Positions 1 to 19,265 of a stretch of 64,000 nucleotides of DNA are shown in pieces. Where the stretch lies: contig OX597814.1 of the NCBI GenBank assembly GCA_951406725.2, positions 40,548,001 to 40,612,000 on the forward strand, in the 5' to 3' direction. The DNA is from Octopus vulgaris. Its lineage: Eukaryota. Both the position numbers and the translations under genes were made by a program. The notes below the pieces were generated by a model. It did not search any database, was not told the DNA's origin, and saw nothing but the letters and a program-made list of their open reading frames with translations. Numbering within the stretch: position 1 is the stretch's first letter; each line of letters starts with the position of its first letter.

Positions 1-3570
<3,570 letters not shown>

Positions 3571-3615
3571 ATTATTATTATTATTATTATTATTATAATT
3601 ATCATCATCATCATT

Positions 3616-4110
3616 CAGTAGTTTTATTTTTATAACGTGCTTTCACTTCACTACCGAGCGCACCTCTGTGTGCCTTGGGTATGTGCTGTGCTTTGTTGTG
3701 ATGCTCTGATGGTTACTGTATTGAAAGTGTTCTGCGTAGGATGTGTGCAGTGCCTAGTAGTGCAATTTTCTGTGTGTTATATGTGTTTGTATGTCCTGGT
3801 GTTTTTGTTATGTATGTGTCTGCATATTTTTTTATCATGCCTAATGCACCTACTATGATAGGAATTGTTTCTGTTTTTAGATTTCACTTTCTAATTACCT
3901 CTATTTGCAGAGTTTTGTATTTTGAAAATTTCTCCATTTCTTTTAGAGACACGTTGTCATCTGCTGGTATTGATACATCAATTAGAAAGCTTTTTTTCCT
4001 GGTCTCTGACAACTATATCTGGTCTGTTGGCCTTAATTTCTCTATCTGTGTGTATCGGCATATCCCAGAGTATGATTGCTTTCTCGTTTTCTGTGACCTT
4101 TTCTGGTCTC
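3616..4110 (-). mobile_element. Second R4/Dong subfamily 3' fragment (decayed REL domain plus 3' UTR)
   Basis: PEKVTENEKAIILWDMPIHTDREIKANRPDIVV; frameshifted; related to 5345-5830. Confidence 0.88.
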
Positions 4111-4157
<47 letters not shown>

Positions 4158-4179
4158 TAATAATAATAACAATAAAAAC

Positions 4180-4211
<32 letters not shown>

Positions 4212-4286
4212 CAATAATAATAACAATAACAATAACAATAACAATAATAATAATAATAATAATAATATAATAATAATAATAAAAAC

Positions 4287-4327
<41 letters not shown>

Positions 4328-4415
4328 CAATAATAATAACAATAACAATAATAATAATAATAATAATAATATAATAATAATAATAATAAAAACAATAATA
4401 ATAATAATAATAATG

Positions 4416-4453
<38 letters not shown>

Positions 4454-4454
4454 C

Positions 4455-4512
<58 letters not shown>

Positions 4513-4660
4513 TAACAACTACAACAACATCGAAAAATACCTTAGGAGTGAGATCCTAGATTCGAAATTTTCCCAACGATGAAGCCTGGAAAGTTTATCA
4601 GCACAAAAATTGTGTTAACAACACGATGAGGACAAAGATCTGTCAAATGTAAATAATGAA
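4111..4660 (+). mobile_element. Headless copy of the (AAT)n plus hammerhead-tail SINE, with expanded (AAT/AAC)n at 4111-4530
   Basis: 4530-4660 is similar to the reverse complement of 57995-58135 (catcgaaaaataccttagga...ttcgaaattt...tgtgttaaca...ggacaaa...aatgtaaataat). Confidence 0.75.
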
Positions 4661-4735
4661 AATAATATGCACATACGTATATGATTAGTTACACGCATAT
4701 ACAAAATAGACGGATATTCCCATCTCATGTTTGTG

Positions 4736-4797
<62 letters not shown>

Positions 4798-5344
4798 TAG
4801 ATAAATATATAAATTTGCAATAATTCATACTACATCATTACAAGCATGTTCATGCTTTATAACAATTCTTAAAAGTAAATATTGACGTTATCACTACACA
4901 GTTAATGTGTTTTCCGATTGACCGCTGGAGTGAAATATCTGGATTCTTCCATTAAATATATTCTGACTTGTTCCAGCAGGCTGAAAGTGACGAACACTTT
5001 CTTATTCGATCAGTTTCTGGTTTAGACATCATGATGTGATGGAACAACGACACAGTCGACATTGTCATCGCTTACTCATAGAAATATTTTGACTAACCAT
5101 ATTTATGACAGAGGATATCACGATGCAGGCTGCAATCAGTTAGTGAGAAATATGTGATACCACGCATATTTCATATTTAAATGAAATGCTACACATATTT
5201 TTAAATGTGATACTGCACATATTTCATTTTTAAAGGAAATCGCATCTCATTACGATATGAAATTTCTTTGTATATTATTTTTTTTATAAAATTTCATCAT
5301 CATCATCATCATATTTCATCATCATCATTATTAATATTTTTAAT

Positions 5345-6010
5345 ATTCAGTAGTTTTGTTTTTAATCACGTGATTTCACTGCACTACCGAGCGCAGCCCT
5401 GTGTGCCTTGGGTGTGTGCTATGGTTTGTTGTAGTGCTACGTTTCTTCACTGGATTAAAAGTGATTTACGTAGGATGTGCGCGGTGCCTAGTAATGCTGT
5501 TTTGTGTTTGTTTTATTTACATGTAACTTTGGGTGATTTTGTTATGTATTTGTCTTAATATTTTTTTTCATATCTAATGCGCCTACTATGCTAGGTATTG
5601 TTTCTACTTTTAGCTTCCACATTCGAGTTACATTTATTTCTAAATTTTTGTATTTTGACAGATTGTCCGTTTCTTTTAGGGGAATATTATCATCTGTTGA
5701 CATTGATCTATCTATTAGAAAGCATTTTCTTTCTCGATGATTTCTGACAACTATATCCGGCCTATTCTTTGTGTGCATCGGCATATCCCAGAGTATGGTC
5801 GCTTTCTTATAATCTGTGACCTTTTTGATTTTAATTTCTTATTTCTGGTTTGATTTAAATTTCTTATTTCATTTGCATTATCTCGGGCGATTTAGTTACT
5901 CTTAACCAGTGTTCCTCTTTTTAAAGTTGCTTTTGTACATTCTTCTTAGCCAAATTTCATGTTTATTTCTTTGGTAAATCCATATAATATCTGTAATAAT
6001 CTTTCCAGTT
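5345..6010 (-). mobile_element. Decayed, internally deleted R4/Dong fragment (REL end plus short RT piece)
   Basis: ORF 5542-5784 NRPDIVV..FLID..LSKYKNLEI..IVGAL; FTKEINMKFG near 5950-6000. Confidence 0.85.
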
Positions 6011-6027
6011 CATCATCATCATCATCA

Positions 6028-6115
<88 letters not shown>

Positions 6116-6712
6116 CAGCAGTAGTAGTATTAGTAGCAGTAGTAGTAGTAGCAGTTGTAGTAGTAGTCGTAGCAGTAGTAGCAGTAGCAGTAGTAGTAGT
6201 AGTAGTAGTAGTAGTATAATTGTTGTTGTTGTTGGTGGTGGTGGTGGTGGTGGTACTGGTGGTAATGGTGGTGGTGTTATTATTAATATTATTATTATTA
6301 TTGTTAACCATTAAACATTTTTCAGTAAACTGATTTTCTGTTACTCTTCTTGACTCAGTTGAGTCGGAAATGAAAATATTAAAATCATTCTCTTTGTGTT
6401 TCTGAATGGTAGCTACAAGGAATTAAATGAATATTCGGTTTCCCAATTCGTTGCTTGCATGTTCGTGGGCTTTCGAGGAGAAGTGGTTTGTCTGTGCAAT
6501 ATATATTTCTTCAAAATAAGGGTACTGATTGTATTTTACCTTTGCAGTTCTTATTTCCATTTAGAAATATGGTACTCCGGGTTTTACGTTGATATGCCAA
6601 CACACTCACATACACATTTATACATACATACTTACATATATATATATATATATATATATATAACAAAGTGGAGTTGTAGGGTACCGCACGAGTGGAATTA
6701 TATACGAAAGAA

Positions 6713-6772
<60 letters not shown>

Positions 6773-7092
6773 TTATACTAGCGTATATCACCCCGACTGT
6801 CATTGCAATTGTAATCCATAAACATTTTATCATTGTTCCCTAGGACATACTGCGAATTCAATGACGATTTCTTTTACTTAACCTGAAACTTATTTATTTT
6901 TTTACCTCATAAAATCGTCCACGTAAATATAACAACACCTATGTCCTCAAGCGTTCATAGAGAGGACATTAAATAGTTGGATCGCCGGACAAAATCTCTT
7001 AAACATTGAAATATCATTATGTTGGTGCATAATTATTGCGGCTTTTATCAAAACATTTTATTCAACAAAAACAAAATTTACCTGAAACAAAG
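5777..7092 (+). repeat. Source of a ~1.3-kb local duplication
   Basis: Near-identical to 9674-11012 apart from microsatellite lengths and a few substitutions. Confidence 0.95.
6010..6310. repeat. Compound trinucleotide microsatellite (CAT)(TAT)(TAG/CAG)(TTG)(GTG); second copy at 9907-10228
   Basis: Directly visible. Confidence 0.95.
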
Positions 7093-7330
7093 ACACCTTC
7101 AATGATTATTCGGGAGCATACTGCTTCTCATATGTTTGGCAGATGGTCAGGCCGTCATATCAGGCTCTGCTATTCTCGAGTTAGCGTGCCAACACTCGTA
7201 AAAGTTTTCTAATAACATTCTAACTTCACATTTGAGAGCTGGAATTTATTTCTTCAAAGCGACGTTTTCAAAATTGTGCGGACAGCATACACCATGCTCG
7301 AGTTCTTGAGAAATACATCTACGATTTCCG
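7017..7330 (-). mobile_element. Mariner-like terminal fragment
   Basis: TIR-like attatgttggtgcataattattgcgg; related ends at ~9060 and ~10937; no clear ORF. Confidence 0.55.
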
Positions 7331-7543
7331 TGTGTTTATTAACAAGTAATATTAGGATAAATATTATAATAATCAATAATGATACCTCACATATTATTAT
7401 TATTTGTCATGTAATGTGTGTCGTTACGCTTCAGCATATTTAATTTCTGTATTTAAAAAAAAAATTGCTGAACTGTTTTTAAATAGAAATGAATAATTTG
7501 ATAGGAAAAGTTGTAGCGATGAATCTACGAGATTAAAATATGC

Positions 7544-7612
<69 letters not shown>

Positions 7613-7765
7613 AGCTTAGAGAAGAAGAAAAAACGAAACGAAAGCAAACGAATAGAATCGAATCGACGCGAAGGCGCTCAGTCATACAATAGTGTAATAA
7701 ATAAAATATATGCATACATACAAACATATATGTACGTACCTACATCTACATGTATATATACATGC

Positions 7766-7878
<113 letters not shown>

Positions 7879-8855
7879 GGAATTGACGAGCGCTAAGCAT
7901 CGTTCAACTACGTAACGTATGAATTTTTAACAATTATGATCGACATAATCAACTCGGTATTTAGTAAACTGAACTCTTGTGAAAAATCGAAAACTACACA
8001 TGTGTTTTAACAATATGTCTGAAAATGAATTTCTTGCACCTGTGTTTAGACATAGCAATGAAAATTATTGAACATTTGAAAAGATATTCAAATGATACAA
8101 ATCTAAATCTTAAGATACACAAAGTTTCTACGCAAAGCAATTAGATGTAATTATTAATACAAATATAATGATTGCTATTATACTCTCTCTATATATATAT
8201 TATCTACTGTGTTTTGGTTTTGTTCATTGTAGATTAGAGTTGGTCCCCCGGCCAAAATTAGATCGTATCACTTCTGAATTTATGCACTTATTTCATATAC
8301 TTCAGTTTGTTAAATTGTCTGTGTTTCTCAACAAAAAGCAAATTGGTATTTGCCGTAAGATTCAATCGATAATGTAAATGTCATTAGTATTATTTCAATA
8401 TAAATTCCAACGTAAAATGACAGGAAATAGCGTGGGCTCTGAATAACAAAGTAACCGAAAATCAGTAAGAAATTAACAACAATAAGAAAATATAGTGATG
8501 GCCCTGGACACATTAAAGAATGCGTAAGACAATTGAGTTCAATATGAACAAAATGTGCCGAATTTAGGAGCAGTATTAATTTCTTTCAATTAGCCAAGAA
8601 AACAAATCGTATGACAATCGCTACATTGTAGAAGCATTTAAATATTCTATGGGAAATTAATTCATATTGATCATGACTTTCGTCTTCCTGCTAATGATTT
8701 CTAAGTCTGGAAATAATGAAACTAAGACACAGTAATTTCCTTTCTCCATTTTGAGATGTTTGAGTGATTGAGGTAGTTATCTGTTTGAAAGATTTTGTTG
8801 GCGGTGGTATTATTTTTAACACTCGAAAAGTAAGCCCTAATATCGCTAGCTTACA

Positions 8856-8976
<121 letters not shown>

Positions 8977-9149
8977 TGTGTTTGTGTGTTTTTGTCCTCA
9001 ATCGTTCGTGGAGAGAACAGTTGGATCAGCGGACAAAATCTCTTAAACATTGAAATATTATTATGTTGGTACGTAATTATTGCGGCGTTTTTCCAACAAA
9101 TTTTATTCAACAGAAACAATAACAATATATATCTTGTCAGTAGGTAGGT

Positions 9150-11500
<2,351 letters not shown>

Positions 11501-11724
11501 ACTGAAACACGAATTCAGAATTCGATTATCAGAGAATAGATAAGCGATTTTAAAGTTATATTTTAAAATCCAGCCGTGAACGACAGTGATGTTCTTACTT
11601 CTAGGGTCGATAATCACAAAATACAAATGTTTGCATTAGTGCTGATGGTACACAATAACTCCTCTCCTTCAAACGTTCTAGAAAGCTGGTTCAGTAGGAA
11701 GAAAGTTGATCAATCTGTGATTTT

Positions 11725-11840
11725 CATAATATTGGTTTCCAAATTTTGATACAAGTCAAGCAAGTCCGACAAAGGGAATAAGTCGATTATATCGACCGCA
11801 GTGCTCCACTGGTACTTACTTTAGTTACCCCGAAAAGACA
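11725..11840 (-). mobile_element. SINE 3' fragment (same family as 14160-14390, 43590-43800, 56510-56720, 56820-57040, 59630-59850)
   Basis: Shared motif gtcgattatatcgacc..cagtg...actggtactta..tt.atcgaccc. Confidence 0.7.
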
Positions 11841-12817
11841 TTATGGTGTTGATTGCTTAACTGTATGCACATGTCAGAAATGGCTCTAAAAACTTCCGTT
11901 GCCCACCTTTTCACACAAAGGTGGGCAACGCTTGGGTCGGCCTACTGAAGTTGATGATGACCGAATGAAAGCTATAATTGAATCTGAGTGTCATATAACT
12001 GTGCGAGAGATTGCAAAGAGATTAAGAATTGCAAATCACTTAAAATGTCATGGACTCAATAAAAAGCTCGATATTGTGTTTCCAAATTAATTGAAAGAGA
12101 TTCATTAAAGACGACGAGTCAATATTTGTGATATGCAACTCAAACGCAATGAAATTGATCTTGTTTTAAAATTAACCATCAATTGTGTAAAATAGCATCA
12201 ATCGAAAACGATCATGGTCCAAGCGTTATGAACCAGCACAAACTGCATCGAAAGCTGAATTGCATGAAAAAAGAGCATGCTGTCAATTTGATTGGATTAC
12301 AAACGCTTTGTGTATCTTGAGTTGCTTCCATGGAACCAAACGATCAATTCATGTTTACTTTCAATAACTACTGAAACTGGAGGAAGTAATCAAGAAAAAA
12401 CGACCAGAAGTGGTAAATCATAGAAGAATCGTGTTCCATCATGACAACACTTGACCACACACGATTTGCTAACACCTGAAAATTTATTGGAGCTTGTTTG
12501 GGAAGTGTTGCCATATCCACCATATAGCCCTGACCTTGCACCTTCAGATTAGCAATTATTTCGAAATTTGCTAAATTCATAGAATGGTAAAACTTTCAAT
12601 GAATATGATGGTTTGATATCGCCATTGTCTCAGTTATTGTCTAAGGACCAAAAGTTCTATGAGCACGGGATCATATATTTGCTAGAGAGATGGCAAACAG
12701 TCATCGAACAAAGTGGAGAATATGCACAATTGAGTAAAGTTCATTCTTTGTATGAAAAACAACACTAATTGTATTTCACGTCAAAATCCGAAATTACTTT
12801 CATGCCGACCCAGTTTA
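11840..12817 (+). mobile_element. Mariner transposase pseudogene with right TIR
   Basis: GRPTEVDDD..ITVREIA, VFHHDNT, LPYPPYSPDLAPSD, ERWQTVIEQSGEY; many stops and frameshifts; TIR-like end at ~12785-12817. Confidence 0.88.
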
Positions 12818-12879
12818 TATGGCACGAACTAAAATGTGAGATCCCGAAGTTGATAAAGCTCTCACAAAAATCATTTCAA

Positions 12880-13560
12880 ACCAACAAATCAACATTCCCG
12901 TAAAGGGACTGAAGTTCACTCGAAATCCACAAAAGTCGAAGCTCAATGATATACAAAAGGTGTTCTACAGAAAGCTTCGAATCACTGAAGAACAGTTGGG
13001 TAAAGACAATCATGATCACTTAATACATCGCAGTAAAAGTAACTACTGTCCGGCAAAAGAAAGAAATCAAACTCTGCATAAGTAATGCGATTTGGTTTCC
13101 AATTATCCATACAGTTTACTCCCACTCGAAAATTTAAAACAAATATAAGTCGAGAAGAATGGAAGATAATTAAAAATCTCATATAGGATCACAATATAAG
13201 TATAAAGGAAGTCGACAAAGTGAGTGTTGTAAGTGAGAAAGTGAGAAATACATAAACACTACCTTAATCCTCCTTGAAGACAATATCTACTATGAAAAAA
13301 ATAACAACTACTGTCAATCCAAGATAATGAATAAACGTTTTACTCTTGTTCCAACAAGTTTTAATGGAAAAGTAGAGAGATTACTTGACTAGATAAACTT
13401 CCCATATCTCTTTGTGAACCGCAGCAGCTTGCTTGTCTTCCCGAAAATAGATTTAGAAATATGACGAAATATGCACCCCGAGTTAAAATTGACACTCAAT
13501 TAACAACTATAAACAAAATTATACAAGATTTGCTTCTAAAGTACGCTAAATGTAACGGCT
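12880..13560 (+). mobile_element. Penelope-like element N-terminal/RT-proximal relic
   Basis: KGLKFT (~12903) and IKEVDKVSVV (~13200) resemble the PLE KGLxF and IKxADKGxxV motifs; heavily decayed. Confidence 0.5.
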
Positions 13561-14159
13561 TTCAAATGTCAAAATAGAATAAATCATAGCAGTAACAAAA
13601 GTCAGTAAAATGTCGTAACTCTATCTCTCTATCCATTTGAGAATAACGAAATTACTTTTTTGCCAACCCAATATATATATGTATACGTATATTGCATTAT
13701 CACAGAATTACGTGAACTCGACTTGTCAACTGTTATATTTCCATCGTTGCACAGTGCAGATATCATAGAATAAATCAATGTGAAATCTGATTACTGAAAA
13801 TATAGTTGAATATATCAAGTCGCAACCAAAGTGATATTCTTGGCTCTCTTTTTAATGTGCTCTAGAACATGGCTGATGATCCGAGTTAGAACACAATGAC
13901 TGACATCTTCACTGTTTGTCTTATTCTATGTGACGGGAAATTTCGTGACTGAAAATGTAACAGGGCATTAATGTGTGCTTCTGTGTATAAAAATTAACGT
14001 TCTTTTCTTCGTTGGATGCATCGCATTCAAGAACGCTTTATTCTTAAGTGCAGACACACAAAATTCGAGAAACTTCAAATCGTATTCCTATATCTTACAT
14101 TTCACGTTGCCACTTAAAGGAATGTTTCCAAGTTGTCATTGTCATTCTTGAAACTATTG

Positions 14160-14390
14160 TATTCAAATTGGCACAAAGTGAGCAGGTTTGGTCGATTACA
14201 CCGTCCCACATGATCAATTAATACTTATATCATCGATGCATATAATCAACATGTACTTATTTCATCGACAATGAATGGATAAAACGTAAAGTTGACCTCG
14301 GCGAAATTTGTACTAAGAATATGAAGACTGACATATTGCCACTAAACATTTTGTTTGCATACTAACGTTTCTGCTTCCTCGCGGACCTTC
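14160..14390 (-). mobile_element. Decayed SINE
   Basis: aaagttgacctcggcgaaatttg motif shared with 56930-56960 and 59750-59770. Confidence 0.7.
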
Positions 14391-15264
14391 CACTGTTGTA
14401 AATATTAAAATGCAGATAAGCAAATGCGATACATACAGAAGGATGTATATACATAAATAGCACGGATGATATAGAGATTGATAAGTAGAAAAGAGCAGGA
14501 ATGAAATTAATTAGTTCATAGAAAAAAGAAAAGAGAATATACTATAGCATTCTACCATACTTTCACAGCATGACAGGAAATATTTATCAAATCGTCTATT
14601 ATCGAAATGAAATATCCTATCAGAAAAGAATATATGAATGCAATATAATTAAGACGATGTGTTGGACGTAAATAATATGCAATAATTGGACGTTTAATGC
14701 ATTGAAGCGAATAAACAGCGACAATTTTACCGGAAATATATAACTCATAATTCTTTTGAAACATCATCATGCTTTACACCCCCACCCAAACATATACGGT
14801 CAAATATATTAGAGCGTCTGCATTTATCGACTCTTACAAATACATAAACCAATACTAGCAACGACTTATGATTACAATCACCGGATGTGCCTGGTCGAAT
14901 CTTAGTCGCGCGGAAATAGTCATTTGTTTGAAGAATGTAGTGAGGAGGTGGATTTTTTTCTTCTGTTCCCTTTAATAGAAGAGAGAGTATGGGCTAATTG
15001 ATAATACACCTAATCGGATATCATAATTTGAATACAAAACTTAATCCATGTAACACACATGAAAACAACTGGAACAAAATTGTAAAGAGTGACATCAACT
15101 ACAAGATTATCTCTCCCCAATTAAGAGTTGCAAGCACTTGTACATATAGACAAATGATTGTTGATAACACGAATATAATAACTGTAGGGTAAATTTATGG
15201 ACGGACCGTGATGGATTGATTCACAATGGGTTTAAGGCAACGGAATAGTAGTAGAAGAAGGACG

Positions 15265-15329
<65 letters not shown>

Positions 15330-15954
15330 ATGTAATATATAGGGGAGCGAAAGGTTGTTTAGCTAGCTACCTTAGATCAGAATGTGTATACAAACATACG
15401 CACACACAATTTCGCTCGTGCATGGATTGTGTTTTGAAGTGCACCGTAAATACTAGAGGAGTTCCATACATACATATCGGTGAATCGGCCTATAATTTCG
15501 AAAGCTTTTGAAAAACCTTCAAACGGCATGCAAAATCGTAGACCTTTTTCGACTCGTGACTCATGGAAGTGAAAGTAAAATATGACATGGCCAGCTCAAT
15601 ATTTAGATACGTGAGACCCGACAAGACGCTATACCGGAAATGCCGGTTGTTCACATATACTCAGATAGGTAACCTTACAATTTAGCCGTATAATAATATT
15701 TATTAACAAATAGAATATGTTTGAATATGTAACGAGGCAGTAGAGATCATAGCTCCAATCAAGATACAGGAATGTGTTTGTGTGGAAGCATAATTGTGCG
15801 TGTGTGCGTGTTTAGATATACGTATACATATAGGTCTGTGTGCCTAGGTAAGGCGGGGCGGGCTATGTGTGCGTATAGGTTTACACACAAGTATGTTCAT
15901 GTACTTGCATTGCACATGCACGTGAGTATTCATACATGTTTATCTCTCTCTCTC

Positions 15955-16004
<50 letters not shown>

Positions 16005-16117
16005 TATTTTGGCACGTGTAACTGTATGTATATGAGTGTTTGTGTATGTGTGTATATATGTATTTATACGATTGAGTATATGCCTACAGCAGTTGGTGTG
16101 TTCTTGTGTGTGCGCGA

Positions 16118-16163
<46 letters not shown>

Positions 16164-16259
16164 GTACTATGTTGGGCGTACGTTTATGTATGCGTAGATA
16201 CATACATATGGATATATGGACGTATCTATGCACATGTATGTGTGAGTGTATGTATGCAC

Positions 16260-16289
<30 letters not shown>

Positions 16290-16295
<6 letters not shown>

Positions 16296-16511
16296 CGAAG
16301 CAATCTAGTACCAATACAGGAACAAGATTTACTCCATGCAAAAGATGGGCTACTGGAAGAGGCTAAAGGAACTGAGTCTCTATTTCCTGGAGAGAAGACG
16401 AGAGAGATATAGGGTGACATATATCTAGAAGATCCTGGAGGGTTTAGCTCCTAATTATGGAATAGACATATATATCAATCCTTCAACGAACTGGACGGCA
16501 CTGCATCATAC

Positions 16512-16560
<49 letters not shown>

Positions 16561-16910
16561 TTTTACTCAGTCCAGTTCTGAGGTGATGCTAATGCACCAC
16601 CTGTCGTTACTCGGTGCTTTTTTCCCATGTAAAATAAGGACCCAATACTGCAATAGTCTGCGTCTCAAGGTACCGCAGTTGCTCAACATAGGAAACCTTA
16701 AACATCTGCATGCTGTTGACATGGAGATTTTCAAGGAACATTTGGACATGTTTGTGTCTGAGATACCACATGAATACAGATCGCATCAGGAGAAGCAGAG
16801 AAGAGCAGCTACGTCAAAATTGCTATTTCACCAAAAACAATACCGGAAAAAAAGCACCGAGTAACGACAGGTGGTGCATCAGCATCACCTCAGAACTGGA
16901 CTGAGTTAAA

Positions 16911-16912
<2 letters not shown>
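16290..16912 (+). mobile_element. CR1/L2-group LINE 3' fragment containing an inserted (TA)n plus inverted copy of its own 3' end
   Basis: YWKRLKELSLYFLERR and IRTQYCNSL..KVPQL match the C-terminus of 33322-35592; ~70-bp inverted repeat at 16552-16625 / 16845-16915. Confidence 0.85.
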
Positions 16913-17006
<94 letters not shown>

Positions 17007-17086
17007 TATATGTGTGTGTGTGTGTGTACGTATGTATATATAATTATATGTATATATGTATATATATATATATATATATAAATATA

Positions 17087-17595
17087 CTAGCAGTATCGCC
17101 CGGCGTTGCTCGGGTTTGTAAGGGAAATAACTATATAAGCATTTTTAGAGAGTTACTTCCCTTATAGATGCCAATTCGGGCTTTCTTAGCCATTTCTGTT
17201 TTGGTGTCTTCAAGCCATGAAGTCGTTGTTCTAAAAGAACGCTGGTCTCCTTGACAACGCATTACGACGTTGATTTCCTTAAACTCCCTTCCCCACAGCT
17301 TCGCGAGGGAGGGAAGAAGGGGGAGAAGCAAACACAGGTGCAGGTGTTTGAGCGTGGACGTCAACAACGCCGCCATCGACACACGAAAAATTATGCATTA
17401 AAATGGAATAAAAAATGATGTTAAATTATATTTAAAATCGTAGACTCATCGTAGACGCGCGCCAGACGGGCTCGATATTAATCACGACTATAAGATACCC
17501 GAATTTGGTTAAACTGCACCGCAAAATGTGGGAGTAGTTAGGAATCTAAATCGAAGGGGACAGACACTCACACAACTACAGTTTTATATATATAG

Positions 17596-17596
<1 letters not shown>
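17087..17596 (-). mobile_element. Complete non-autonomous Helitron (~510 bp)
   Basis: Minus strand begins A|TC at 17596 and ends with hairpin CCCGAGCAACGCCGGG, 8 nt, then CTAG|T at 17087; no TSD; inserted in (TA)n. Confidence 0.85.
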
Positions 17597-17691
<95 letters not shown>

Positions 17692-18052
17692 ATATATGTA
17701 TATATACATAGGTATATATATAGAGAGGTAATAGTAGTGGTAATGGTAACAGTAGAAGTAGTAATGATGGTAGTTATGGTGGTAATAGTAATAATAGTCG
17801 TAGTGGTAATGGTGGTAATAATAATAGGGAGGCTGATGATGGAAACAGTAACGATAATGAAGATAACCCTAGAATGACCATTGACATGTATACCCACCCC
17901 TTTGACACTCAATTCTTCAACGTATACATAGATACACGAATACATATATGTGTTTAGTGGGGTAGTCTATTGTGACCTTAATACTCTGGTGGATGGAGTT
18001 AGCTATTTGCTGGATGCTCTCCATAGTATTAGTTTCTATTACTATATCAACA

Positions 18053-18345
18053 TTACTCTCTTGAGTAGCGAGAGTACATATTTACGAGTATGGAGTTCTG
18101 TGTTAGGCGTTCTTTAAGCCTTCTGTCCCACCATACCATGAAAAGGTTGGCCACATCACCAGCGATACTAACGCCGATGGCTGCCCCCTCGTCCTGGGCA
18201 TATATTTTATTATTAAACTTAAACGTGTGGCCTTTTAGGGTAATTCTTATACTAGCTCCTAGTGCATGTGCGATCATTTTCTTTATCTGATGGACATTTG
18301 CGGGGCTCCGTATGACTCTGGTCCATCCGCGCCATCTTTCTAGAC
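18053..18345 (-). mobile_element. Penelope-like RT fragment
   Basis: FKFNNKIYAQDEGAAIGVSIAGDVANLFM...MYSRY matches the PLE RT motif FxFxxxxYxQxxGxxMG...ANxFM...RY(VDD); truncated before the DD. Confidence 0.85.
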
Positions 18346-18424
18346 ATAATATATATATATACACATATATATCTACAATTATATGTATTTGTGTATCTAT
18401 GTATATTTTATAGTTCAAATTTGT

Positions 18425-19265
18425 GGCCATGCTCAGTCACAGCAGATTTGCTATACTGTTATTACTGAGGGCACCTCCTCTGAGATGTGTATTTCGGTGA
18501 ATAAGTTAGTTTCATGTCGCTACTCTCATTTGCACCGCCTGTCATGAGGTAGGTTCTTCTGGGACTCTCGAAAAGAAAGAGGCCCAGTTTTGATTTGAAA
18601 ACAAGTACATCCACTTTGCATCGCTCACTCTTTGGGAGAGGATTAAAAACCTGTGGACCGCCAATATCTATGGTGTTGCAGTACCTGCTCTTGAAGCGTG
18701 ACAGTATTTCTGAGATATTTAACACTGTACAGTATGGACCCGTTCAGGCATTTGTGTAGCTCTTAATGCCAAAATTTGTCACAATATTTTCGAGAAAGCT
18801 CCAGATGTATAGTACTGGATACCCTTCCCGCGTCCAGACATTCCCAGTAGCTGAGCTGTTGCAATGAGACGATCTTCTTTGTGAAGCGTCGCCGAAATGC
18901 TTCAAGGTCCGCTGTTAATTTTCCATTGTTGGGTCACTATAGCTGTGAACAGTAATCCAGGCTTTTGAGGAAGAATATCCTATAGAGGACAATTATGGCT
19001 TCTTTCTCCCTGGATTTGAATATTCTCAGGATACATCCAGCCATACGTCTGCTCTTTGTAACCATCCTCGTAACATACACTTGAAAAAATACCCAGATCC
19101 CTCTCTGATTTAGGCCTGGGATTATAATCTCCTGTGGCCCAGTGTACCCTGTAATGTTCATATTCAGCTTTGGACTCTGGTAGCGCAGGTCTTTGGATTT
19201 TTCAGCATGAAACTGCATATCTGTAAATTGTTTCCTCAGCCTATCTTTAAATTGTTTCTCCATTT
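18425..19265 (-). mobile_element. Decayed CR1/L2-group LINE 3' part
   Basis: MQFHAEK, RMAGCILRIFKSRE, LDYCSQL, RYCNTIDIGGPQVFN; homologous to 34700-35500. Confidence 0.85.
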
